DNA from: an uncultured Pseudomonadales bacterium
GTDB taxonomy: Bacteria; Patescibacteriota; Microgenomatia; UBA1400; UBA1396
DNA length: 64,000 nt
Reading direction: 5' to 3'
NCBI GenBank assembly: GCA_964603945.1
Contig: CAZRWP010000001.1
Location: forward strand, 59,623-123,622
A model generated the notes under the pieces. It did not search any database. It was given only the letters and a program-made list of their open reading frames with translations, and was not told the DNA's origin. Both the position numbers and the translations under genes were made by a program. Within the stretch, counting starts at the first letter, position 1; the number at the start of each line of letters is the position of its first letter. This document shows, piece after piece, positions 56,659-64,000 of the stretch.

Positions 56659-57771
56659 TTAGTACGTCGGCAGGAAAAATTTAACATTATCCTGATTAAT
56701 CACAACTTGAGGCAAATTTTTCTCCAGACGTAATCTGGCGGCCTTGGCCACCGCTCCCTTGAGATTGCGTTCCAGCGTACGAATTCCGGCGTCAAAACCT
56801 AACGGACGAACCATAGTTGGCCAAACATCTTCAGCAATAATCAGTGAATTAGCATCCATGCCGGCTTCCTGCAGAAGTTTGGGCATGACGTAACGCTGGG
56901 CAATCACCGTTTTTTCATCATCACTGTAAGAAGGCATGTCAATCCGCTCGACCCGGTCCATCACGGCCGTGGCAATTGAGCGGGTATTGTTAGCAGTGGC
57001 AATAAACAAGACCTGAGACAAATCCACGGGGTAATCCAAATAGTGGTCAATGAAGGCATAATTCTGCTTGGGATCCAAGAGCTCAACCAGCACACCCATG
57101 ATGTCCATCCGAGCATCTTCCGCAACCCGGTCAATTTCATCTAAAAGCATAACTGGATTTCGAGTTTTGGCTTCCGCCAGACCTTTAACCACCCAGCCAG
57201 GTTCTGCTTCTAGGTGCAGTCTGGATTGGCCACGCAGGTCGCGCGCCGATCCCATTCCGCCAAAAGGAATACGGACGATTTCGCGCCCCATGGCCTCGGC
57301 AATAGAGTAAGCAAAGGTGGTTTTACCGGTTCCTACCAGACCTACTAGCAGGACAATTGGCGCGCGTATCTGACCACGCTCCAGCGTGTCTGACTGAGCG
57401 GCCTGCTCAGCCTGTTGTTTTTGAAATTTAAGAATGGCAATGTACTCCAAGATGCGATCCTTAACCGATTGCATACCATAGTGATGCTTTTCAAAAATCT
57501 GCTTAGCTTGCTCTAAATCCAGCGTGTCTTCCGTGGTAACTTCCCAGGGAACTTGAGTCGCCCAATCTATGTATTTGGTTGTGCGCTCATAAGCTTCACT
57601 GTAATTTTGCGTCTGGGCGGCGCGCTCTAATAAACGAATTTCCCGATCTAATTTTTGCTTAAGATCGTCTGGCGCCGTGGAATCAGCAATCCGCTGTTTT
57701 AAAGCACTAATCTCATCGCTCACTACCTGATCAGGCACATTATTGGTCATTGAAATATTGTCATCAGCCAT
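56659..57771 (-). CDS. Lon-type AAA+ ATPase lacking the protease domain
   Basis: HYG...VKDRILEY, GLVGTGKT, NPVMLLDEID, ELLDP.QN..F.DHY, GIR.LER; ends before the Ser-Lys protease domain. Confidence 0.9.
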   Translation of the reverse strand: MADDNISMTNNVPDQVVSDEISALKQRIADSTAPDDLKQKLDREIRLLERAAQTQNYSEAYERTTKYIDWATQVPWEVTTEDTLDLEQAKQIFEKHHYGMQSVKDRILEYIAILKFQKQQAEQAAQSDTLERGQIRAPIVLLVGLVGTGKTTFAYSIAEAMGREIVRIPFGGMGSARDLRGQSRLHLEAEPGWVVKGLAEAKTRNPVMLLDEIDRVAEDARMDIMGVLVELLDPKQNYAFIDHYLDYPVDLSQVLFIATANNTRSIATAVMDRVERIDMPSYSDDEKTVIAQRYVMPKLLQEAGMDANSLIIAEDVWPTMVRPLGFDAGIRTLERNLKGAVAKAARLRLEKNLPQVVINQDNVKFFLPTY

Positions 57772-57794
57772 ACAGATACTATAAACCATCGGAT

Positions 57795-57915
57795 GAGAAG
57801 GATCACTGCTAAGAAGGATCATCGCCAAGAAGGATCATCCTTGCCCCTCCTCTTGCCTGGAAGGATCATCCTAGGATGATCCTTCTTGAGGAAACCAAGG
57901 GCAAGGATGATCCTT
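57795..57915 (+). repeat. nested palindromic intergenic element, copy 2 (core 57830-57915)
   Basis: Same four units, central palindrome 57860-57885, preceded by two truncated units at 57795 and 57811. Confidence 0.95.
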
Positions 57916-57980
57916 TAGTATAATGAAAAAATGAAAGACCCAAACAATGAAAACACTAAAAAAATCCGGTTGGCCGTTTT

Positions 57981-58397
57981 ATGGTCGCCGTGGGAGCAAT
58001 AGTCCAATTAAAGGGAACTAATAAAATTTTACTGATCAAACGAAATGAAAATGAGGACTGGCAACCTGGCGAATGGGAAATTCCTTATGGTCGGATCGAC
58101 CAGTTTGAGGACTTGAGCACCGGACTTAGGCGAGAGGTTAAAGAAGAAACTGGCCTCACAAACCTGAAAATTGGAAATATTCTTACCAATTGGCATATTT
58201 TTAGAGGTCAAAAATCAGCTCATAACGAAATTATTGGCTTAACCTTTGTCTGCGAGACTTCCCATGAAAAAATTAAACTCTCTTTTGAGCATTGCGAGTA
58301 TCAATGGTGTGAACCAGAAGAAGCGATTAAATTAATTTCCACTGAGGGTATTAAGCGCGATGTCTTGGCTTTCATTGATCAGATTTCAAAATTTTAG
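57981..58397 (+). CDS. NUDIX hydrolase
   Basis: WEIPYGRIDQFE......RREVKEETGL Nudix box; SFEH..Y.W. Confidence 0.92.
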   Translation: MVAVGAIVQLKGTNKILLIKRNENEDWQPGEWEIPYGRIDQFEDLSTGLRREVKEETGLTNLKIGNILTNWHIFRGQKSAHNEIIGLTFVCETSHEKIKLSFEHCEYQWCEPEEAIKLISTEGIKRDVLAFIDQISKF

Positions 58398-58441
58398 TCC
58401 AAATTATAATCAAATTGCTAGTTTCACCAAAGAATAAACAC

Positions 58442-58480
58442 GATGAGCTGTTAGTCAGCCTGACTGATTAACAGCTCATC
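58442..58480. terminator. bidirectional terminator hairpin between NUDIX and pnp
   Basis: GATGAGCTGTTAGTCAG / CTGATTAACAGCTCATC followed by a T-rich tract. Confidence 0.75.
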
Positions 58481-58548
58481 AATTTTTGTGTTAAGTTTTT
58501 TGACAGATTACCAGATTAGTTGCCTAATAGCTTAAGGTTATTTAAGCC

Positions 58549-60858
58549 TTAACTGCGTCCGCCACCGTAGCTACCGCCGCGTCCGCCGCGGTCGCTTCGA
58601 CCACCGCTTCGACGATCTCCACCACGGCCGCCACGATCTCCGCCATAGCCACCTCGACCGCCGCGGTCGCTTCGACCACTGCCGTCATCTTGGCGTCCGC
58701 CACTGCGACCACCACTGCTATCGCCGCGGTCTCCACCGCCTTGCTGGCGGCGTTCTTGGCGTTCAGCCTCAGCTTGCTCACGTTCTTCTTTGGAAAGCAT
58801 GGTCAGGCGAACTCGGTCGCCATCAACTTCCAAAACCTCAACGTGAACGACATCATCCAGATTAACCACTTCATGTGGATCACGGACATAACCGGTTGCC
58901 ATCTGAGAAACGTGAACCAAGCCATCGCGGCCTGGCACCATTTCCACAAAGGCACCGTATTCCTCAATCCGGGTAACTTTACCATCAAATTCCATGCCTG
59001 GTTCAAAGGTCATCATCATGTTACGGATGGCGTGAACAGCGCGATCAATGTCTTCCTGGATTGGTGAAGCCACCGTGACTCGGCCATCTTCATCAACCGA
59101 GATCTCTGTCTTGGTTGATTCCTGCAAACTTCGGATGTTTTTGCCTCCGGGACCGATCAGCTCGCCGATCTGGCTAACCAGAATCTGTACAGCTTCAATC
59201 TTGGGGGCATTAGCGGCCAATTCCTTACGGGGCTCAGGCAGACATTCGAGCATCTTGCCTAAAATGTGCAAGCGGCCGATTCTAGCCTGTTCTAAGGCCT
59301 CAGTCATCACTTCCATTGGGATGCCATCAATCTTGATATCCATCTGAATAGCGGTTATGCCTTCATCTGTTCCGGCAACCTTAAAGTCCATATCACCGAT
59401 ATGATCTTCCAGTCCCTGAATGTCAGAGAGCACGACGTACTCATTGGTGTCATCATTGCGCATTAAGCCCATGGCGATTCCCGCCACCGGCTTGCGGATT
59501 GGCACACCGGCCGCCATCAGTGACAGCGTACTGCCACAGACAGAAGCCTGGGAGGTAGAACCGTTAGAACTCATGACTTCTGACACCACATGAATGGTAT
59601 AAGGGAATTCTTCCTGAGACGGGATAACCGGGAGCAAAGCTCGTTCGGCTAGGGCGCCATGGCCGATTTCGCGGCGCTTGGGCCAACCAACACGGCCGGT
59701 TTCACCAGAGGCAAAGGGAGGCATGTTGTAGTGGTGAATGTAACGCTTCTCCTCTTCACCTTCCATGTCTTCAATTAGTTGAGCAAAGGCGGGAGAAGCC
59801 AAAGTTGTAATCGTTAAGACCTGAGTTGCACCGCGTTTGAACATGGCTGAGCCATGTGCAGTCGGCAGTAAATCAACTTCACAGGTAATCTCGCGGATTT
59901 GATCAGTTTGGCGTTCATCTGGACGAATTCGCTCTTCAAAGGTACGGCGGCGAGCTTCCCTCTTCATTAGTAAGCTGAAAATCTCTCCAAGCGGAGCCTC
60001 TTCCAAAGCCTCGTCCTCGGCAATCAGTTTTTCCTTGAGTTTAGCGATGGTGTCATCTTGAGGCTGAAGCAAAGCTTTAGCTTTAACGGCTTGCGCAATT
60101 TCTGACTGATGATTCTTCCAAATCTTCTCAATTAATTCTTCATCCAGTTGAGGGGCCTCAAAGACTGATTTCTCTTTGCCGATGGCTGATTTCATCTCTT
60201 TTAAGACCGAGTTTATGCCCTTGATTTGTTCATGAGCCGCTTCCAGGGCTTTCACCATTTGGGCTTCACTTACCTCAAGCGCACCAGCCTCAACCATAAC
60301 AATGGCTTTATCCGTACCAGCGACAATCAAGTCGAGGGCAGAATCAGTCAATTCTTCATAGGTCGGGTTGTAGGTGAATTTGTCTTCTTTGGGCAAATAA
60401 CCTACGCGCAGACCACTGATTGGTCCGTTGAAGGGAATTGAAGAAATTTCCAGCGCGGCCGTGGTGGCAACTAAGGCCAGCATGTCCGGGTTGTTAACGC
60501 TATCAACCGATAAAACAGTGGCGATAACCTGAACTTCTCGCTTATAACCGTCTGGGAACATCGGACGAATACTTCGGTCAATGACGCGGGCGCTCAGAAT
60601 GGCTTCATCCGAAGGGCGGCCTTCACGCTTGACCCAGCGACTGCCTTTAATTTTGCCGCCAGCGTACAGTTTTTCAATGTACTCGACTTGCAGGGGGAAC
60701 CAACCTAAATTGGATTCACCGCCAAGAGCCACCGTGGCGTGGACAACAGTCCCGCCACATTTGGCTAACACGGCTGCTTCTGCTTGTTGGCTAAAGCGGC
60801 CGACTTCTAGGAGAATTTCTTTTTCTCCAATAGGAATGGAAAATTGTTTTACTTCCAT
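58549..60858 (-). CDS. pnp: polyribonucleotide nucleotidyltransferase
   Basis: R.IDRSIRP.FP, RREIGHG, SNGSTS, GDMDFKVAGT, KH (IGPGGKNI) and S1 domains. Confidence 0.98.
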   Translation of the reverse strand: MEVKQFSIPIGEKEILLEVGRFSQQAEAAVLAKCGGTVVHATVALGGESNLGWFPLQVEYIEKLYAGGKIKGSRWVKREGRPSDEAILSARVIDRSIRPMFPDGYKREVQVIATVLSVDSVNNPDMLALVATTAALEISSIPFNGPISGLRVGYLPKEDKFTYNPTYEELTDSALDLIVAGTDKAIVMVEAGALEVSEAQMVKALEAAHEQIKGINSVLKEMKSAIGKEKSVFEAPQLDEELIEKIWKNHQSEIAQAVKAKALLQPQDDTIAKLKEKLIAEDEALEEAPLGEIFSLLMKREARRRTFEERIRPDERQTDQIREITCEVDLLPTAHGSAMFKRGATQVLTITTLASPAFAQLIEDMEGEEEKRYIHHYNMPPFASGETGRVGWPKRREIGHGALAERALLPVIPSQEEFPYTIHVVSEVMSSNGSTSQASVCGSTLSLMAAGVPIRKPVAGIAMGLMRNDDTNEYVVLSDIQGLEDHIGDMDFKVAGTDEGITAIQMDIKIDGIPMEVMTEALEQARIGRLHILGKMLECLPEPRKELAANAPKIEAVQILVSQIGELIGPGGKNIRSLQESTKTEISVDEDGRVTVASPIQEDIDRAVHAIRNMMMTFEPGMEFDGKVTRIEEYGAFVEMVPGRDGLVHVSQMATGYVRDPHEVVNLDDVVHVEVLEVDGDRVRLTMLSKEEREQAEAERQERRQQGGGDRGDSSGGRSGGRQDDGSGRSDRGGRGGYGGDRGGRGGDRRSGGRSDRGGRGGSYGGGRS

Positions 60859-60871
60859 AACTTCCTTTCTG

Positions 60872-60969
60872 GTAGCCCGATGCGGAAGTTTTCAGAGTTC
60901 CTCACCTGGACAAACGTCTGGATGAGCTGAGGAGATCTGAAAACTTCACCGACGCTTCTGTCAGGCTAC
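60872..60969 (-). promoter_or_regulatory. long stem-loop in the rpsO-pnp intergenic region
   Basis: GTAGCC/GGCTAC outer arms, perfect 12-bp GAAGTTTTCAGA (60885-60896) / TCTGAAAACTTC (60936-60947), inner TCCTCA/TGAGGA. Confidence 0.7.
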
Positions 60970-61003
60970 TCGTTTTTAATATTTTTTGTGTGTATTACTG
61001 AGT

Positions 61004-61273
61004 TTACTTACTTAAACCTAAACGCTCAATGAGGGACTTATAACGAGCCTCATCTTTGCGGGCTAAGAAGTTAAGCAGACGGCGGCGCTTGGCGACCATC
61101 TTCAACAGTCCCTTACGGGAATTGCGATCTTTCTTGTGCTTGGACAGATGTCCAGTGAGATCTTCAATCTGCTTGGTTAACAAAGCCACCTGCACTTCAG
61201 GAGAACCAGTATCACCAGCCTGAGTCTTGTATTTATCAATAATTTCTTGCTTGATCTGCGGATCTAAAGCCAT
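61004..61273 (-). CDS. rpsO: 30S ribosomal protein S15
   Basis: [30 protein letters not shown]; GGAGG SD. Confidence 0.98.
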   Translation of the reverse strand: MALDPQIKQEIIDKYKTQAGDTGSPEVQVALLTKQIEDLTGHLSKHKKDRNSRKGLLKMVAKRRRLLNFLARKDEARYKSLIERLGLSK

Positions 61274-61350
61274 AATTCCTCCTTTTGTCACCCCGCCTCC
61301 GCAGGCCGAGTGGAAAAGTATTTTTGTTTTTTATATCGAGGGCAATTATA
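61274..61350 (-). promoter_or_regulatory. rpsO promoter and structured leader
   Basis: Extended -10 TGcTATAAT (TATAAT at 61350-61345); hairpin CTTTTCCACTCGGCCTGCGGAGGCGGGGTGACAAAAG abutting the SD. Confidence 0.55.
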
Positions 61351-61449
61351 GCATGGAATTGGGGAATTCAACGGTGAAAGGCCTAGCAAGAACAATTTTT
61401 CTAATGTGGAGCTAAACCTCTGTCCAATTACTTTAATACTACTAATTAT

Positions 61450-62460
61450 TTAACCTAAATGCCTTTTTAGGAAATTAACAACATATTGCCTAAGTTGAAA
61501 ACCGAGGTCTTGACCAGTTGTTAAATATACCTTTAAATTATCAACTTGCTCAGCTGTTAATCGGTTTTGTTTTAATTCCTCATACAACTCAGTTATTATT
61601 TCTGCTTGTTCAATACCAGTCATTTCTTTTTTAGCCGCTGAAACTCTTGCATGGCCTAAATTTCTTAAATCAGAAATAAGCTCTTCAATTGTTGGCTGAT
61701 AATCAGGCTGTCTAAACCTAGCAAGCTTATCTCTGACGTTTTTCTGTGACTCCAGTAGTATTAATAAATGTTTTCGGGCTTTCTGAAGATTGCCTAATAT
61801 TTCTTGTAATTCTGAATGTATCTTTTCTTTAAGTTCAGATCTTATCAATTTGTTTGACTCAGAAAATAATGGCTTAAATTGAATATAAAATCGAAAGGCT
61901 GATTCCTTAAATGCTTTTTGCACTTCACTTTCATCAGCACCTGGCTTGATACCCAAGATTCTGTATGGAGTTACTTTAGATGGCTGATTATTGCCAAGCC
62001 TGTAAACTCTCCAAACTTCTAACTCTTCTTCCATAATATCAAGCAAGCTTGATATTTCATTTTCTGTAAGAGTCTTCTTAACTTTGTCTTTATTCAGACG
62101 GCTAATCAATTTCACCCTGGCGATGTTTAGATTTTTTTGTATTTCACCAACTTCATTTAATAATTCAATAGAAACTTTTCGATTTTGATCAAAATTAAAA
62201 ATTTTTGCCAGCTGCCGATGGGCATATATAATCTCATCCTCTCTCGCATCTGCTTGAACATTTAGCACCACTTCTGGCTCTACCTCTGACCAGTTTATTT
62301 TCTCATCAAGTTCTAATCCTGATTCCCGCCTTATTCTGGCTTTGTATTCGTTCAACCGATGTATGAGATCATATTCAGTTTGCGCCCATCTTTCTTGATC
62401 GTCATCTCGTTTTGGTCTAATAGGCCTGGTTGAACCCTCGTTGTTACCTCTATGTTTCAT
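61450..62460 (-). CDS. protein with two degenerate DnaJ-like domains
   Basis: VLNV..DA..DEI..AHRQLA and PYRILGI...A...EV.KAFK; no HPD motif. Confidence 0.65.
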   Translation of the reverse strand: MKHRGNNEGSTRPIRPKRDDDQERWAQTEYDLIHRLNEYKARIRRESGLELDEKINWSEVEPEVVLNVQADAREDEIIYAHRQLAKIFNFDQNRKVSIELLNEVGEIQKNLNIARVKLISRLNKDKVKKTLTENEISSLLDIMEEELEVWRVYRLGNNQPSKVTPYRILGIKPGADESEVQKAFKESAFRFYIQFKPLFSESNKLIRSELKEKIHSELQEILGNLQKARKHLLILLESQKNVRDKLARFRQPDYQPTIEELISDLRNLGHARVSAAKKEMTGIEQAEIITELYEELKQNRLTAEQVDNLKVYLTTGQDLGFQLRQYVVNFLKRHLG

Positions 62461-62551
62461 GTCCGTAATTATATAAGAGGATGAATGAAAGGGTTGAGCA
62501 ATCTGATCAGGTACAATATGAAGTTGGTGTTTTATAATACCTAAAGCCCGA

Positions 62552-62625
62552 GCCAGGGTAGCTCAGTTGGTTAGAGCATCGGATTCATAAACCGAAGGTC
62601 GTGGGTTCAACTCCCACCCCTGGTA
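62552..62625 (+). tRNA. tRNA with CAT anticodon (elongator Met likely; Ile2 not excluded)
   Basis: GCCAGGGTAGCTCAGTTGGTTAGAGC...TT-CAT-AA...GGTTCAACTCC...CCCTGGTA; lacks the initiator GGG/CCC anticodon stem; TATAAT upstream. Confidence 0.9.
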
Positions 62626-62796
62626 CAAAATATATCCTTGTCTCCTCGACGAAGGCTAAAGCCTTAAGTCTCGTCGACAAATATATATTTTGTTTATATT
62701 TTCCAGAGACTAAATAGCACTTACTCGTAAAAATTATATTTATTTTGCGCCATGGGCAACTTTAGAGGGACCCACAAGCAAAAAAATATAATTTTT

Positions 62797-63222
62797 TTAC
62801 ATCGACATGGCGGCTAGATCGGCCACATATTCCTCAACTAAGGGGCTCTCTTTTGGCTCAGCTCTTAAAGAGAAGATGCGGTTGCCGTCTTCATCATAGG
62901 AAATTTCAAAATAAACGTCAGAAGCCAGTCTTACCTGAACTGGTTCTTCATAATCGTTTTGGTTCAACTTATTCATAATTGCCTCTCCAGCCTGCGGCTC
63001 TATTCTTAATAACGGCGATAATAATCTTGCACCTTCAATCAATCGACCAATAATTCGCAAATGCCAGCGACTCTGATCATTAAGTGGCAGAAGTGCGCCG
63101 GTGCTTTCATCATCGGCTTGATCCCTTAATCTCAGTACGGCTTTGCCGGCCAAAGTCACTCCCCGTCTAGCTAATTTATCAGGGAAAGATCTTCTTTCTT
63201 GTACCGGTGCTAACTGATTCAT
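62797..63222 (-). CDS. hypothetical protein
   Basis: Strong GGAGGAGG SD before the ATG. Confidence 0.7.
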   Translation of the reverse strand: MNQLAPVQERRSFPDKLARRGVTLAGKAVLRLRDQADDESTGALLPLNDQSRWHLRIIGRLIEGARLLSPLLRIEPQAGEAIMNKLNQNDYEEPVQVRLASDVYFEISYDEDGNRIFSLRAEPKESPLVEEYVADLAAMSM

Positions 63223-63318
63223 CGGTCCTCCTCCCTGTTCTTTTAAAGGTATTACACCTACGACATGAAAGAAGGCGGTAAGGGAGCAGTAATGGCTGAG
63301 TAGGGAGATTTGTGTTGG

Positions 63319-63423
63319 TGAAGAAGGATCATCCTTGCCTTTAATTTACTCAAGAAGGATCATCCTAGGATGATCCTTCCAGGCAAGAGACGGGGCAAGG
63401 ATGATCCTTCTTCATTCCTTCTC
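63319..63423 (-). repeat. nested palindromic intergenic element, copy 3, inverted (core 63324-63409)
   Basis: 21-bp terminal IR 63319-63339/63394-63414, central palindrome 63354-63379, truncated unit (TCCTTCTC) just outside. Confidence 0.95.
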
Positions 63424-63433
63424 CACGCCCAGC

Positions 63434-63466
63434 AAAAAGCCCGATGGCTGTGAGGCCACCGGGCTT
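63434..63466 (-). terminator. intrinsic terminator of hup
   Basis: Minus strand AAGCCCGGTGGCCTCACAGCCATCGGGCTTTTT. Confidence 0.8.
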
Positions 63467-63505
63467 AATTTTCACAAGATTTAAACTTAATCTTGAAAGT
63501 TGAAT

Positions 63506-63793
63506 TTACTTGCGTTTGCCGGCAATAGCTTCCTTGAGAGGCTTACCAGCCTTAAAGTTGACAACGCGGTGACTCTTAATGATACGAGTCAGTTCTTCAC
63601 GGCCAAAAGGCACCACTTTTTTATCTGCCACCTGGCGGACGTCAAAGGTACCGAAACCGGACCAAAGAACCTTCTGCCCCTTACCGAGTGAGCGATTGGT
63701 TTCCTCTAAGAAAACGTCGATCGCTTCCTGGGCGGCCTTTTGAGTAAGGTTTGCTCGTTTAGCTACTATAGCGACGAGTTGTGACTTGTTCAT
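63506..63793 (-). CDS. hup: DNA-binding protein HU
   Basis: MNKSQLV, G.KV...GFGTF, F.AGK.LKEA; AAGGAG SD. Confidence 0.93.
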   Translation of the reverse strand: MNKSQLVAIVAKRANLTQKAAQEAIDVFLEETNRSLGKGQKVLWSGFGTFDVRQVADKKVVPFGREELTRIIKSHRVVNFKAGKPLKEAIAGKRK

Positions 63794-63852
63794 AAAGTGA
63801 ACTCCTTCTACTTTTTTCCTTTTTTTCACTGTCGTGAGTGACCTATTGTACC

Positions 63853-64000
63853 TTATGATGCTTTGGCTGAAGCACGCAATTCTCGGATTACATTAACCGT
63901 AACCGCTCCCGGATACTGCATATCGTCCTGGATCTTCTGAGCCACCTTTTGGGCGACTACCTGCAGGTCTCGATCTGTAGTCTTGTCTGGATTGAGGATA
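63853..64000 (-). CDS. rny: ribonuclease Y, 3' end only
   Basis: Manual translation ILNPDKTTDRDLQVVAQKVAQKIQDDMQYPGAVTVNVIRELRASAKAS* matches the RNase Y C-terminal YPG.I.V.VIRE motif; not in the ORF track. Confidence 0.85.
   Translation of the reverse strand, partial: ILNPDKTTDRDLQVVAQKVAQKIQDDMQYPGAVTVNVIRELRASAKAS

Noticed and set aside
57772-57828. Longer N-terminus of the Lon-like ORF given in the track
   Set aside because: It runs into the repeat element; TATAGT-N6-ATG supports the start at 57771.
57830-57915. Palindromic element as an intrinsic terminator
   Set aside because: No U-tract; copy 2 lies between divergent promoters, and copy 3 follows a separate genuine hup terminator.
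58542-59347. ORFs 58542-58781, 58690-59067, 58803-59006 and 59048-59347
   Set aside because: Alternative-frame or antisense shadows of pnp and its GC-rich tail.

Overview
Bacterial chromosomal segment using genetic code 11. Gene content and style (eukaryote-type GlyRS, DUF4012, short glucan phosphorylase, protease-less Lon, many near-leaderless genes) suggest Patescibacteria/CPR, probably a Microgenomates-like lineage; this assignment is inference. Left part: miaB-miaA, lexA/uvrB, rpmG, tRNA-Thr, glyQS, recO. About 12-31 kb: a surface-glycan cluster (DUF4012, priming sugar transferase, ManC, GT2/GT4/GT-C enzymes, O-antigen-ligase-like protein, rmlBCD). Middle: glgP, Cas4/AddB-like nuclease, xseAB, RND pump, greA, TMTC-like mannosyltransferase, a broken and divergent IMPDH/GMPR-like gene, tRNA-Ser. 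Right: rnj, udg, HNH, truncated Lon, NUDIX, pnp, rpsO, tRNA-Met, hup and the 3' end of rny. No rRNA, CRISPR array, integrase or transposase was seen. The strongest unexplained signal is an 86-bp intergenic element present three times. It is built from four 13-bp palindromes (AAGGATnATCCTT) at fixed 31/11/31-bp spacing around a perfect 26-bp central palindrome. A second unexplained signal is a stack of inverted and direct copies of the tRNA-Ser 3' end.
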